Origin: Acidobacteriota bacterium
GTDB lineage: Bacteria > Acidobacteriota > Vicinamibacteria > Vicinamibacterales > UBA2999
Length of the DNA stretch: 64,000 bases
Reading direction: 5' to 3'
Assembly (NCBI GenBank): GCA_030650395.1
Contig: JAUSDY010000104.1
Location: 57,071 to 121,070, forward strand
Position 1 is the first letter of the stretch; every line of letters begins with the position of its first letter. Both the position numbers and the translations under genes were made by a program. Shown in pieces: positions 53,604-63,905 of this stretch. The notes beneath the pieces are model-generated. The model was not told the DNA's origin. It was given only the letters and a program-made list of their open reading frames with translations, and made no database searches.

Positions 53604-54809
53604 CTATTTCTTCACGTATCGCTGAAGCTTCCTCGGTCCCACTTCGGCGCCGTAGATCACGCCGTTGGCATCCACGACGACCCCTTCGGCCGCGAGGGTG
53701 CCGCCGGGCGGCTTGCCGCCATCAGCCATCTTCGCGACAACCTTGCCGTCGACCATCTCGTAGGTCAGCCCCTGGTGTGACGGATCGGGAATGAACGCGG
53801 TGACTTTCCCGTCGCGCGCGCTACCAATGCGAATCCCGCGTTTCCACATGTGATGCGGCGGACTCACGGAGCCGGACTCCGAGTCCGCGCCGTAGAGCAT
53901 GTCGTTCTTGTCGATGTAGATCCCGCTCAAGCGGCTGAACTGGTACCACGTGTCCAGCGTCTTGAAGGTCGCGGCATCGAGCACCTGGATGCGGTTGTTG
54001 GCACGGTCGGCCACGAACAGGCGGCCCTTCGAGTCGAACGCCAGGCCGTGCGGCTGATCGAACTCGCCTTCGAGCGCGGTGCCCTTCTTGCCGTACTGCA
54101 TCAGGAACTTGCCGGTCTTGTCGAACTTGATCAGGCGCGAGTTGGGGCCGCCGTGACCCTCGGCCACCAGGATGTCGCCGTTGGGATAGGTGATGACGTC
54201 GTTCGGCGCGAAGAACGAGGCCGGGTCCGCCGCATCGGCGCCGGCCGGGTTGCCTCCGGCCTGGCCGAGCGTGAGCAGCACCTTGCCCTCGGGGCTGAAC
54301 TTGACGACCTGATGCCCGACGACCTTCGCCGGCATCGCCGGCAGCGGCGCGTCAGCGGGCGAACCGGGGGCGCGCGCGGGCAGGTTGCTGTTGCCGTCGG
54401 TCACCCAGACGTTGCCGTCGCGGTCGACGTGAATGCCGTGAGGGAATACGAACATGCCCTGGCCAAAGCTCGTCACCAGCTTGCCGCTCGAGTCGAACTT
54501 GAACACGGTGTTCAGCGGCGACATTTCGCCCTTGGCGCGGTCCCAGCAGGTGTTGACCTGGCAGCGCTCGGCGACCCAGATGCTGCGGCCGTCCTTGTCG
54601 ATCTCGACGGCGCTGGTCGAGCCCCAGGTCCGGCCCTCGGGCAGCTTGGCGTAGCCTTCGATCGTGTTGTAGGGATTGGGCAAATCGTTGACCGGCGGTG
54701 CCGCCATCCACGCAGGTGGAGGCGCTTGCGCGAACGTCAGTCCGCCCCATGCTCCGGCCGCCACGACCCCGGCAACTACCACTAGACCCACTCGCAGTAC
54801 ACGTCCCAT
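53604..54809 (-). CDS. Secreted NHL-repeat / six-bladed beta-propeller protein
   Basis: It has a signal peptide and repeated blades of the form ...PHG(I/L)xxDxxGNxxVxD (PHGIHVDRDGNVWVTD, PHGLAFDSKGRLFVAD). Confidence 0.6.
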   Translation of the reverse strand: MGRVLRVGLVVVAGVVAAGAWGGLTFAQAPPPAWMAAPPVNDLPNPYNTIEGYAKLPEGRTWGSTSAVEIDKDGRSIWVAERCQVNTCWDRAKGEMSPLNTVFKFDSSGKLVTSFGQGMFVFPHGIHVDRDGNVWVTDGNSNLPARAPGSPADAPLPAMPAKVVGHQVVKFSPEGKVLLTLGQAGGNPAGADAADPASFFAPNDVITYPNGDILVAEGHGGPNSRLIKFDKTGKFLMQYGKKGTALEGEFDQPHGLAFDSKGRLFVADRANNRIQVLDAATFKTLDTWYQFSRLSGIYIDKNDMLYGADSESGSVSPPHHMWKRGIRIGSARDGKVTAFIPDPSHQGLTYEMVDGKVVAKMADGGKPPGGTLAAEGVVVDANGVIYGAEVGPRKLQRYVKK

Positions 54810-54879
54810 CAGATGCCTCCCCTTGAGCAGCAGATATTACACTTTCCCGGGATAAGATTGTTCTTCCAGACTTCTTGAG

Positions 54880-55917
54880 GTGACAAGCATGCGCGCCACT
54901 GCGTTCACGATCCTCGCCCTCGTCTCCACTGCCGCGGTAGCCACCGGGCCCTTCGACTCGCTGCGCGAAAACGCGCTGCTCGCTCAGGGCGGGCAACCAG
55001 CGCCTCCCGTAGTCGCCGAGACGACCGCGACCGCGATCCCCGGCGTCATTGCGGCGGGAACGAAAGTCGAAGTCATCAAGAGCGGCTTCACCGGCACGGA
55101 AGGCCCGATCGGCCTGCCCGATGGCAGCCTGATCTTCACCGAGACGCAGGCCAACCGCATCACGAAGATCGACAAAGACAACAACACCTCGCCCTTCCTC
55201 GAAAACACCAACGGCTCGAACGGTCTGGCGTTCGACAGCAAGGGCCGCCTGATCTCGGTGCAGACCACGCCGGGCAAGACGCTGATCGGCGTGCTGTACC
55301 CGAAGGGCCAGGAAGCCACGCTCTCGGATAATTACGACGGCAAGCCGTACGGCCGCCCCAACGACCTCGTCGTCGACAAGAAGGGCGGCGTCTATTTTTC
55401 CGAGCCGGGCCCGAACGCGACGCCCGGCCAGCCGCCGCCGGTTCCAGCGCTAACGCCCGCCGTCTACTACGTTCCGGCCGGCGGCACGTCGATCCGGATC
55501 GCTGAAGGCATCGGCCGTCCAAACGGCATTCAGCTGAGCCCGGACGAAAAGACGCTCTACGTGAACGACACCAGCGGCGAGTACGTGCTGGCGTTCGACA
55601 TCAAACCGGATGGCACGGTTGGCAACCGGCGCAACTTCGCCAAGTACCCGACCGTGAACAAGACGGCGGCTGGTGGTGTCACCAGCGGCGCCGACGGCCT
55701 CGCTCTCGATAACGCGGGCCGGCTCTACGTCGTCTCGCTCGGCGGCGTGCACGTCTTCAATCCGAAGGGTGAGCTGCTCGGCACGATTCCGCTGTCGCTT
55801 CAGGGCCAGAACATCGCGTTCGCGGGGGCCGACAAGAAAACGCTGTATGTCGTCGGCCGCGGCGCCGCGTTCAAAGTTCGACTGTTGACGGAAGGTTACC
55901 GGGGCCGTGCCAAGTAA
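54880..55917 (+). CDS. SMP-30/gluconolactonase/LRE-family protein
   Basis: It has a signal peptide and motifs TEGPIGLPDGSLIF, NGLAFDSKGRLI, PNDLVVDKKGGVYFS and PNGIQLSPDEKTLYV. Confidence 0.85.
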   Translation: MTSMRATAFTILALVSTAAVATGPFDSLRENALLAQGGQPAPPVVAETTATAIPGVIAAGTKVEVIKSGFTGTEGPIGLPDGSLIFTETQANRITKIDKDNNTSPFLENTNGSNGLAFDSKGRLISVQTTPGKTLIGVLYPKGQEATLSDNYDGKPYGRPNDLVVDKKGGVYFSEPGPNATPGQPPPVPALTPAVYYVPAGGTSIRIAEGIGRPNGIQLSPDEKTLYVNDTSGEYVLAFDIKPDGTVGNRRNFAKYPTVNKTAAGGVTSGADGLALDNAGRLYVVSLGGVHVFNPKGELLGTIPLSLQGQNIAFAGADKKTLYVVGRGAAFKVRLLTEGYRGRAK

Positions 55918-55941
55918 CGGCGACGGTGTGGTGGAGGTGCA

Positions 55942-56190
55942 ATGCCAATCTTTGAATACGCCTGCAAGAAGTGCGGCAAGGAATTCGAGACGCTGGTGCG
56001 CCCCGGATCGGACGCGCCGGCGTGCCCGGCGTGCCAGAGCACCGAGATTGAAAAGCTGATCTCGATCCCGGCCGTGAAGTCAGAGTCGACGCATGCGTTG
56101 GCGCTCGGCGCGGCGAAGAAACGCGACCAGAAGGCCGCCACGCACAACGCCCGCGTGCAGCGCGAGTACGAACTGCACCACAACGATTGA
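55942..56190 (+). CDS. FmdB-family zinc-ribbon protein
   Basis: MPIFEYACKKCGKEFE...CPACQS is a CxxC...CxxC motif with the typical N-terminus. Confidence 0.8.
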   Translation: MPIFEYACKKCGKEFETLVRPGSDAPACPACQSTEIEKLISIPAVKSESTHALALGAAKKRDQKAATHNARVQREYELHHND

Positions 56191-56209
56191 AACCAAGGGT
56201 CCGTGTTCA

Positions 56210-56395
56210 ATGTCGCTTCCAACCGCCACCGGGCAGGCGCAGTGCCCCGAATGTCTTGCCGATGTCACTTTGAGCAAGGTGATGCAGAACGAAATCACGC
56301 AGTGCCCCGGCTGCGGGGCCGAGCTCGAGATCACCGCCCTCGAGCCCCTCACGCTGGCGCTCGCGCCGCAGGAGGAAGAGGACTGGGGTGAATAG
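56210..56395 (+). CDS. lysW: Amino-group carrier protein LysW/ArgW
   Basis: The 61-aa product has a zinc-ribbon (CPEC...CPGC) and the diagnostic C-terminal EDWGE. Confidence 0.88.
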   Translation: MSLPTATGQAQCPECLADVTLSKVMQNEITQCPGCGAELEITALEPLTLALAPQEEEDWGE

Positions 56396-57338
56396 CCCCG
56401 GCAAGCCGCGCGTCGGCGTGCTCTACAGCCGCGTGCGCGTCGAAGAGAAGCTGCTGTTCGAAGCGTTCGAACGCCGCGGCGTCACGCTCGACCTGATCGA
56501 CGATCAGAAGTTGATCTTCGACATCACCGACGTCGACAACCACCCCTACAAGCACTACGACGTCATCGTCGAGCGCTGCATCAACCACAGCCGCGCGCTC
56601 TACAGCCTGAAGATCCTGAACGACCAGGGCGTGAAGACCGTGAACACCGCGCTCTGCGCCGACATCTGCGGCAACAAGCTGATGACGACGAGCGCGCTGG
56701 CGGCGGCGAGGGTGCCCCAGCCGAAGGCGCTGGTGGCGTACACGGCCGAAAGCGCCATCGAGGCGATCGAGCGGCTTGGGTATCCCGCCGTGCTGAAACC
56801 GACGGTCGGGTCATGGGGACGGCTGCTGAGCAAGGTCAACGATCGCGACGCCGCCGAAACGATCCTCGAACACAAGGAAACGCTCGGCAGCTATCACCAC
56901 AGCATTTTCTACATCCAGGAATACGTGAAGAAGCCGGGCCGCGATATTCGCGCGTTCCAGGTCGGCCCGGAAACGATCTGCGCGATCTATCGCACCTCGC
57001 CGAACTGGATCACCAATACCGCGCGCGGCGGGTCGTCCAGCAACTGCCCGGTCACGCCCGAGCTCGCCGATATCTGCACGCGCGCGGCCAGAGCGTGCGG
57101 CGGCGGCGTGGTGGCGCTGGATTTGTTCGAAGACCCGGAGCGCGGGCTGCTGGTCAACGAAGTGAACTACACGATGGAGTTCCGCAACAGCATTGCGCCC
57201 ACCAACGTGAACATTCCCGAGCGCATGGTGGACTTCTGCCTGAAGGTCGCGGCCGACGGCTGGGCCGCCGCCAACGGCTGGCCGGACGAAGGCCGGCGCC
57301 TCGCCTCGATCTCGCTCACCGAAGGCGCGTCCGCGTAG
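56388..57338 (+). CDS. lysX: RimK/LysX-type ATP-grasp ligase (carrier-protein ligase)
   Basis: ATP-grasp translation, with a GTG start overlapping lysW by 8 nt. Confidence 0.85.
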   Translation: MNSPGKPRVGVLYSRVRVEEKLLFEAFERRGVTLDLIDDQKLIFDITDVDNHPYKHYDVIVERCINHSRALYSLKILNDQGVKTVNTALCADICGNKLMTTSALAAARVPQPKALVAYTAESAIEAIERLGYPAVLKPTVGSWGRLLSKVNDRDAAETILEHKETLGSYHHSIFYIQEYVKKPGRDIRAFQVGPETICAIYRTSPNWITNTARGGSSSNCPVTPELADICTRAARACGGGVVALDLFEDPERGLLVNEVNYTMEFRNSIAPTNVNIPERMVDFCLKVAADGWAAANGWPDEGRRLASISLTEGASA

Positions 57339-57340
57339 TC

Positions 57341-58396
57341 GTGGCCGATCGCCTTTCCGTTTCGATCATCGGCGCGTCGGGCTACACCGGCGGCGAGCTG
57401 CTGCGGCTCGCGCTGGCGCATCCGCAGCTCGAGGTCAGGCAGGTCACGAGCGAGCGGCTCGATGGCCAGTTCGTGCACTTCACGCATCCCAACCTGAGAA
57501 CGCGAACGCAACTGAAGTTCGTGCGATCCGAAGCCGTCGAGAAATGCGATCTGCTGTTCCTGGGCCTGCCGCACGGCAGCGCGATGAGCCGCATCGATCA
57601 GCTCTCGACACTTGCCGATCGCATCGTCGATCTGAGCTCGGACTTCCGCTTGCGGAACGCGGCTGACTACGACACGTGGTACGGCAAGCCGCACACCAGT
57701 CCGGCCTGGCTCGAGAAGTTCGTTTACGGATTGCCGGAGCTTCACCGCAAGGAGCTTGCCGCCACGAACTACGTGAGCGGCGTTGGCTGCAATGCGACGG
57801 CAACCACGCTTGCGGTCTGGCCGCTGGCGGCCGCCGGACTGATCGACACCGGCCGCGGCATCATTTGCGAAGTCAAGGTCGGGAGCAGCGAAGGCGGCGC
57901 GGCATCCGCCGATTCCACGCACCATCCGGAGCGCGCGGGCGTGATGCGCAGCTTCGCGCCAACCGGTCATCGCCACACAGCCGAAGTGCTGCAGGCGCTC
58001 AAGCTCAAAGACATCGTGACCGACGTGCACCTGAGCGCCACGGCGGTCGACAACGTCCGCGGCGTCCTGGCCACGGCGCATGCGTTCGTGAAATCCGGCA
58101 CCGCCGAGAAGGACGTGTGGAAGGCCTACCGCGAGGCCTACACGCACGAGCCGTTCGTGCGCATCGTGAAGGAACGGACCGGCCTCTATCGCTACCCTGA
58201 GCCGAAGATTCTCTCCGGCAGCAACTATGCCGATGTCGGCTTCGAGATGGATCCGAAGACCGGCCGGGTGGTCGCGCTGTGCGCAATCGACAACCTGATG
58301 AAGGGCGCGGCCGGCACCGCGCTGCAGTGCGCCAACATCATGATGGGATGGGACGAAACCCTCGGTCTCGAGTTCCCAGGGTTACATCCGATTTAG
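57341..58396 (+). CDS. lysY: LysY/ArgC-type semialdehyde-forming reductase
   Basis: The GTG start is 2 nt after the lysX stop, giving MADRLSVSIIGASGYTGGELLRL, and the active-site region GCNATA is present. The longer track ORF from 56813 is rejected. Confidence 0.85.
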   Translation: MADRLSVSIIGASGYTGGELLRLALAHPQLEVRQVTSERLDGQFVHFTHPNLRTRTQLKFVRSEAVEKCDLLFLGLPHGSAMSRIDQLSTLADRIVDLSSDFRLRNAADYDTWYGKPHTSPAWLEKFVYGLPELHRKELAATNYVSGVGCNATATTLAVWPLAAAGLIDTGRGIICEVKVGSSEGGAASADSTHHPERAGVMRSFAPTGHRHTAEVLQALKLKDIVTDVHLSATAVDNVRGVLATAHAFVKSGTAEKDVWKAYREAYTHEPFVRIVKERTGLYRYPEPKILSGSNYADVGFEMDPKTGRVVALCAIDNLMKGAAGTALQCANIMMGWDETLGLEFPGLHPI

Positions 58397-58398
58397 TA

Positions 58399-58477
58399 CA
58401 GTTGCCAGTTAACAGTTGCCAGTTTCCAGAAGGACTAGTGTCTTTTTTGTTAACTGTTAACTGTTAACTGTTAACTG
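58399..58477. repeat. Intergenic repeat: CAGTTGCCAGTT x2 facing GTTAACT x4 (imperfect 26-nt inverted repeat)
   Basis: I read the left arm at 58399-58424 and the right arm at 58449-58477, with a T-run in the loop. It lies between lysY and lysZ. Confidence 0.85.
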
Positions 58478-58495
58478 AGACAAGCACAGAGTTTC

Positions 58496-59299
58496 ATGAT
58501 TGTTGTCAAAGTTGGCGGTGGGACTTCGCTCAACGTCGACGCTATTGTCGCCGACATCGTGGCGCTTCGCGCGAAGGGCACCGAGTTGTTGCTGGTGCAC
58601 GGCGGTGCGCAAACGACCAATGCGGTGGCGGAGGCGTTGGGCCATCCGCCGCAGTTTGTGACCAGCGAAACCGGACACCTCAGCCGCCGCACCGATCGGC
58701 GGACGCTCGAGATTTTCGAGATGGTGTACTGCGGGCAGCTCAACAAGATGTGGGTCGAGAAGCTCCAGCGTCAGGGCGTCAACGCCGTCGGCCTGTCGGG
58801 CCTTGACGGCCGCATCTTCGAAGGCACGCGCAAAGACACGCTGCGGATCCGCGTCGAGGGCCGCCGGATGGTGCTGCGCGACGACTGGACGGGCACCGTC
58901 GAGAAGATCAATGTCGGCTTGCTGAAGGTGCTGATCGACGCCGGCTACTTCCCCGTACTGACGCCGCCGGGCTCGTCGACGGCTGGTGAAGCGATCAACG
59001 TCGACGGCGATCGTGCCGCCGCCATGGTCGCCGGCGCATTCCACGCCGACGCGCTGGTGATCCTCACGGATCAAGTGGGACTGCTCGAGAAGTTCCCCGA
59101 CGAATCGACGCTGATTGCAGAGATTCCGAAAGCCCAGGCCGGCCGCTTCATGGAGTTCGCCGAAGGCCGCATGAAGAAGAAGGTGATGGGCGCCGTCGAG
59201 GCCATTGGTGAGGGCGTGAGAAAAGTGATTTTCGCTGACGGCCGCGTCGTAGACCCGGTTTCAAAAGCTCTCGCAGGCGCAGGAACGCATATCTCATAG
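58496..59299 (+). CDS. lysZ: LysZ/ArgB-type amino-acid kinase
   Basis: MIVVKVGGG...LLLVHGGAQ, a typical amino-acid kinase fold. Confidence 0.85.
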   Translation: MIVVKVGGGTSLNVDAIVADIVALRAKGTELLLVHGGAQTTNAVAEALGHPPQFVTSETGHLSRRTDRRTLEIFEMVYCGQLNKMWVEKLQRQGVNAVGLSGLDGRIFEGTRKDTLRIRVEGRRMVLRDDWTGTVEKINVGLLKVLIDAGYFPVLTPPGSSTAGEAINVDGDRAAAMVAGAFHADALVILTDQVGLLEKFPDESTLIAEIPKAQAGRFMEFAEGRMKKKVMGAVEAIGEGVRKVIFADGRVVDPVSKALAGAGTHIS

Positions 59300-59328
59300 A
59301 AGTGAGAAGTCAGAAGTGAGAAGTCAGA

Positions 59329-60531
59329 ATGAACTGGGCAGAGACTGAGGAGCGCATTCTCGGCGGCACCACGGCGCGGCGCGGCGATGTTGTCATCACC
59401 CGCGGTGAAGGCTGCTGGGTCTACGACGAGAGCGGCAAGAAATATCTCGACCTCGGCTCCGCCCAGGGCGTGGCGATGCTCGGTCATTGCCATCCGCGCG
59501 TGACCGCGGCCATCGCCGAACAGGCCGAGACCCTGACGCTGTGCCCCAACTATCTTTACAACGACAAGCGTGCGGAGTTCGCACAAGCGCTCGTCGATGT
59601 CCTGCCCGGGCATCTTCCGCATGTCTTTCTCGCCAATAGCGGCGCCGAAGCGGTTGATGGCGCGTTGAAGTTCGCGCGGCTCGTCACCAAGCGGCCGGCG
59701 TTTGTCGCCACCACCAAAGGCTTTCACGGCCGCACCATGGGCGCGCTGTCGGTGACGTGGGAGCCGAAGTACCGTGACGGGTTCCTGCCGCTGCTCGAGA
59801 CGACGCACGTGCAGTACAACGACTCGGCCGCGCTCGACAAGGCGATCACCGACACGACCGCGGCGGTGATCCTCGAGGTGGTGCAGGGCGAGAGTGGTGT
59901 CAACGTCGGCACGCCGGATTTTCTGCAATCCGCGCAGCGGCTGTGCCGCGACCGCGGCGCGATGCTGATCGTCGACGAGATCCAGACCGGCTTCGGGCGC
60001 ACCGGGACGTGGTTCGCGATCGAGCACGCCGGCATCGCGCCCGACATGATGTGCCTTGCCAAAGGCCTTGGCGGCGGCTTCCCGATGGGCGCGTTTGCGT
60101 ACACCAAAGCGATTCGCGACGTGTTGTCGCCGGGCGCGCACGGCAGCACTTTTGGCGGCTCTCCTCTTGCGTGCGCCGCCGGCCTCGCCGCCATCGAAGC
60201 CTATCGTGATGAAGGGCTGATCAAGCGAAGCGCGATCCTGGGCGCCAACATGCGAAACACGCTGCGAGGCGCGCTCGAAGGCGTCGCGGCGGTGCGCGAC
60301 ATTCGTGGACTCGGACTGATGATCGCGGTCGAACTGCGCACCAAAGTGGCGCCGGTGTTGAAGAGCCTGATGCTCAATCACGCTGTCATCGCGCTGCCGG
60401 CGGGCCCGACCGTGCTTCGCCTGCTTCCTCCTCTCGTGATCAGCGACAGCGAGATCGACTTCGGCGTGCAGGCGATCGCACGCGCGATCAAGGAGCTTCC
60501 GCCTTCGCCCGCGGGGCTTCGGCGAGACTGA
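59329..60531 (+). CDS. lysJ: LysJ/ArgD-type class III aminotransferase
   Basis: Motifs [26 protein letters not shown] and [10 protein letters not shown] (PLP-binding Lys). Confidence 0.88.
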   Translation: MNWAETEERILGGTTARRGDVVITRGEGCWVYDESGKKYLDLGSAQGVAMLGHCHPRVTAAIAEQAETLTLCPNYLYNDKRAEFAQALVDVLPGHLPHVFLANSGAEAVDGALKFARLVTKRPAFVATTKGFHGRTMGALSVTWEPKYRDGFLPLLETTHVQYNDSAALDKAITDTTAAVILEVVQGESGVNVGTPDFLQSAQRLCRDRGAMLIVDEIQTGFGRTGTWFAIEHAGIAPDMMCLAKGLGGGFPMGAFAYTKAIRDVLSPGAHGSTFGGSPLACAAGLAAIEAYRDEGLIKRSAILGANMRNTLRGALEGVAAVRDIRGLGLMIAVELRTKVAPVLKSLMLNHAVIALPAGPTVLRLLPPLVISDSEIDFGVQAIARAIKELPPSPAGLRRD

Positions 60532-61667
60532 TGGAGCGCGCGGCGGCCATCGAGCTGGTGCGCGGCCTGGTGGCGATTCCCTCGATCTCACGCCACGAGG
60601 CGCCGGCGTCCGCCTGGCTCGTCGAGCAGATGCGCGCGGCCGGCTACGATCGCGCGTTCGTAGACGAGGCGGGCAATGCCGTCGGCGAGCTGGGCGACCC
60701 GGCGGCACCCAGGACCATCGTGCTGCTCGGCCACATCGACACCGTTCCCGGCAACATCCCCGTGCGCATTGAGCCTTCGGCTGACGGCGATCTGCTGTTC
60801 GGCCGCGGCAGCGTCGACGCCAAGGGCCCGCTCGCCACCTTTGTCGCCGGTGCCGCGCGGTTCGGCGCCCGCGCCGCGCGCGACGCCGGCCTCCGCGTGG
60901 TCGTGGTCGGCGCCGTCGAAGAAGAGGCGGCAACCAGCAAGGGCGCGCGCTTCATTGCCGCGCGGTTCAACGGCACAACTGATCCGATTCCAACCGCGTG
61001 CATCGTCGGAGAGCCCAGCCACTGGCGCCGCGTCACCCTCGGCTACAAGGGGCGCCTGCTCCTCGACCTCACGGCCGATCAGCCGATGGCGCACACGGCA
61101 GGACCGGATGCGAGCGTTGCGCCAGTGGTCGTGGATCTGTGGAACTGGGTGACCGCACATGCCGCCCGTTACAACGCTGGTAAAGACAAGGCGTTCGATC
61201 AACTGAGCCCGAGCCTGCGGCGGTTCGTGACATCAACCAGCGAGCAGATGCACGACCTCGTCGACGCGCAAATCGCGTGGCGCCTCCCGATCGGGTTCGA
61301 CGCCGATGCGTTCTCGGATGAGATCCGCGGCTGGCCCGCCACCCACCCGCCCGCTGCCAAGACGGTGTTTAATTTCCGTGTCCGCGGCTTCGAGCGGCCG
61401 TGGCGCGGCGATCGCAACAACATCCTGGTCAGGAGCTTCCTCGCAGCGGTCCGCACCGAAGATCCGGCGGCGCAGCTGGGATTTGTCCTGAAGACCGGCA
61501 CCAGCGACATGAACGTCGTCGCCCCTGTATGGAAGTGTCCGATCGTTGCGTACGGCCCAGGTGACAGCGCGCTGGATCACACGCCCAACGAGCACTTGCC
61601 GCTCGACGAATACTGGCGCGCCGTCAACGTCATCGATCACGTGCTACGCGTGTTCGCAACACAATAA
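60531..61667 (+). CDS. lysK: LysK/ArgE-type M20 deacylase (carrier-protein hydrolase)
   Basis: M20 motifs ([26 protein letters not shown]). Its start overlaps the lysJ stop. Confidence 0.82.
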   Translation: MERAAAIELVRGLVAIPSISRHEAPASAWLVEQMRAAGYDRAFVDEAGNAVGELGDPAAPRTIVLLGHIDTVPGNIPVRIEPSADGDLLFGRGSVDAKGPLATFVAGAARFGARAARDAGLRVVVVGAVEEEAATSKGARFIAARFNGTTDPIPTACIVGEPSHWRRVTLGYKGRLLLDLTADQPMAHTAGPDASVAPVVVDLWNWVTAHAARYNAGKDKAFDQLSPSLRRFVTSTSEQMHDLVDAQIAWRLPIGFDADAFSDEIRGWPATHPPAAKTVFNFRVRGFERPWRGDRNNILVRSFLAAVRTEDPAAQLGFVLKTGTSDMNVVAPVWKCPIVAYGPGDSALDHTPNEHLPLDEYWRAVNVIDHVLRVFATQ

Positions 61668-61677
61668 ACAGGCGTTC

Positions 61678-61712
61678 AGGAGATCAGGAGAATTATTTCT
61701 CCTGATCTTCCT
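61678..61712 (+). terminator. Rho-independent terminator after lysK
   Basis: A perfect 11-bp stem (GATCAGGAGAA / TTCTCCTGATC) with a TTAT loop is followed by a T-rich tract. Confidence 0.7.
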
Positions 61713-61721
61713 GTTCCTGTT

Positions 61722-63230
61722 TCATTTCTGCATGGTCAGCAAGGCCGCGAAGATTTCGATCCCTTCCCATAAGTGACCGACGCGCAGGTTTTCGTTCGCC
61801 GCGTGCTGGTTGTTGTCGAAGTTCACCACCGCCAACCCAATCGTCGGCATCGCCAGTGTGTCGCTGAAGGTCGAGAACGGCAGGCTGCCGCCGATGGTCG
61901 GCATCTGGACCAGCCGCTGATCGAGCGCGCGGATCGCGTTGGCGGTCGTCACCGTTCGCGGATCTTCCATTGACGTCTTGGCGACGCCGTAACCGCCGGC
62001 GTTGCGCGTGAACCGCGCGATCAATGGATACGTGCGCCGCATCGCCGCGTCCGGCTCCTGATTAATGACGAAGAAGCCCTGCTCGCGCACGTGGGCTTCG
62101 AGCCGATCAAGCTGCTTGGCTGCGCTCAATCCGTTCACGAGGCGCATCTCGATGCGCGCGGAGGCGGAGCCGGGAATCGCTGATCGCGTGCCGGTGTAAA
62201 CGTTGCCGGCCTCGAGACCGAGGATGCTGAGCGTCGGACGATTGTGCTGAAGCTCGATGCGGCTCTCGGGATGCTCCTGGCGCATCAACCCGAACTCCTC
62301 GAGCAGTTGTTGATCGACATTCGGGATCTCATCGACGGCGCGGCGCTCCGCCGCCGTCAAGGGCACCACGTCGTCGTAGAAGTTCTTGATCACGACATTG
62401 CCCTTGTCGTCCTTCATCGATGCGAGCAGCTTCGCGAGCGCCATCGTCGGATCGGTGACGAAGTTGCCGTAGTTGCCGCTATGCAAGTCGCCATTGGCGC
62501 CGTAGACCTTGATGACGGCGCTGGCGCCGCCGCGGCTGCCGTAATACACCGTCGGCAGGCCGCTCGGATGGCGCGGGCTGTCCACGACCACGGCGATATC
62601 ACCGCGAACCCGATCAGCGTTGGCGATCATCGCGGGGGTGAAGTTTGGCGAGCCGCCTTCTTCTTCGCCATCGAGCACGACGTTGATGTTCCAAGGCAGC
62701 GTCGCGTTGGCTGACGCGAGTCCATCAACCGCGGCAAGCAACGCGATGATGGGGCCCTTGTCGTCGGAGGTGGATCGACCATAGATACGCAGATCCGGGT
62801 CGATCGGGCCGCTGATGGATTGCAGGTCGACGCGCGTGTCGCCTTTGTAGGCGGCCGGCGCGAACGGCGCGCCGCGCGTCCACTCCTTCGGGTCGCTCGC
62901 CTGGCCGTCGTAGTGAATGTAGAAGGTAATGGTGCCCTTCGCGGCCGGCGACGTCTTGCGGGCAAACACCACCGGGTTGCCCTTGGTTTCAAAACGCGTC
63001 ACCGCGAAACCGCGCTTCTCGAACATCGCGGTCAGCAAATCAGCGTTCTTCAGGATGTCCGCGCGATTCGCCGCGAGATTCGGCAGCGAGATCAGCTGAA
63101 ACAGCTCGGCGAGAATCTGCTTCTCGTTCTTCGCGCGCCAGTCGCGGACTCGAAGGACTTCGGCAGTTGGAGCCGCCAGCATCGACACCGTCGTCGTGAT
63201 CGCGAACAGGCAAGCCAGGGCGTGACGCAT
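61722..63230 (-). CDS. Secreted M20-family metallopeptidase (dipeptidase-like)
   Basis: It has a signal peptide and motifs YIHYDGQ, GRSTSDDKGP and DGEEEGGSP. Confidence 0.82.
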   Translation of the reverse strand: MRHALACLFAITTTVSMLAAPTAEVLRVRDWRAKNEKQILAELFQLISLPNLAANRADILKNADLLTAMFEKRGFAVTRFETKGNPVVFARKTSPAAKGTITFYIHYDGQASDPKEWTRGAPFAPAAYKGDTRVDLQSISGPIDPDLRIYGRSTSDDKGPIIALLAAVDGLASANATLPWNINVVLDGEEEGGSPNFTPAMIANADRVRGDIAVVVDSPRHPSGLPTVYYGSRGGASAVIKVYGANGDLHSGNYGNFVTDPTMALAKLLASMKDDKGNVVIKNFYDDVVPLTAAERRAVDEIPNVDQQLLEEFGLMRQEHPESRIELQHNRPTLSILGLEAGNVYTGTRSAIPGSASARIEMRLVNGLSAAKQLDRLEAHVREQGFFVINQEPDAAMRRTYPLIARFTRNAGGYGVAKTSMEDPRTVTTANAIRALDQRLVQMPTIGGSLPFSTFSDTLAMPTIGLAVVNFDNNQHAANENLRVGHLWEGIEIFAALLTMQK

Positions 63231-63255
63231 GGCGTGAGTATAAAGAAAAACAAGG

Positions 63256-63651
63256 CTAGGTCAGGCGGACGATGCCCGGCACGCGGTCGAAGTCGGCGTC
63301 AAAGCTCATGACCCGGCTGATGCCTTCCCGCACCATGACGGCCACATGCAACGCGTCGCGCGCCGACAGCGCCCTGGTCCCAATCACGAGGTCACGCGCG
63401 CGCAGCACATCGTCTTCTTCGACGGCGACCACTTCGTCCACCACGCCGAGCAGCGCGTCGAAGGCAGGCTGGATGGCATCGCGGCGATTGATCGCGACAT
63501 AGCGGTGCAGGATCTCCTGCAACACCTCCGCACTCGTCACCAGCCGTTGTTCGGATGCCACGGCCGCCTCCAACAGCCGCTGCGCCTCGGCCTTCAGCGG
63601 ATGCTGCCGCCCCACGAGATACATGGGCACGTTCGAGTCGATGAAGATCAT
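63256..63651 (-). CDS. vapC: PIN-domain toxin VapC
   Basis: The 131-aa product starts MIFIDSNV and has conserved acidic residues (D5, E42, D99, D118 region). Confidence 0.85.
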   Translation of the reverse strand: MIFIDSNVPMYLVGRQHPLKAEAQRLLEAAVASEQRLVTSAEVLQEILHRYVAINRRDAIQPAFDALLGVVDEVVAVEEDDVLRARDLVIGTRALSARDALHVAVMVREGISRVMSFDADFDRVPGIVRLT

Positions 63652-63905
63652 TCGCGCGGGTCCTGGTAACCCCGCTCGATCTCCCGGAGCATCTGGTCGA
63701 TGTTCGGGGCCGGAAATGCGTGGTGCGCCGCCGCCCGGATGGCGGCCATCTTCTTCTTGGCGTCAACACCGGGCGCCGCCTTGCGCGCGGCACGCAGCGC
63801 CTGCCGCACCCACTCCGCCGTGGTCATGCGCTGCTGGCGCGCGTAGCGCTGGATTTCGCTCAGCTCCTTCGCGTCCAGAACGACCTGCAGCCGCTGCTTC
63901 TCCAT
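63648..63905 (-). CDS. vapB: Ribbon-helix-helix antitoxin VapB
   Basis: The 85-aa ORF overlaps the vapC start by 4 nt. It has an RHH-like N-terminus ([21 protein letters not shown]). Confidence 0.75.
   Translation of the reverse strand: MEKQRLQVVLDAKELSEIQRYARQQRMTTAEWVRQALRAARKAAPGVDAKKKMAAIRAAAHHAFPAPNIDQMLREIERGYQDPRE

Noticed and set aside
56093-56209. Upstream extension of lysW (100-aa track ORF).
   Set aside because: It overlaps the FmdB gene in another frame. LysW proteins are about 55-65 aa, and the ATG at 56210 yields a complete zinc-ribbon plus EDWGE.
59071-60933. A 620-aa minus-strand ORF.
   Set aside because: It is antisense to lysZ, lysJ and lysK. The translation is extremely Arg-rich and has no motifs.
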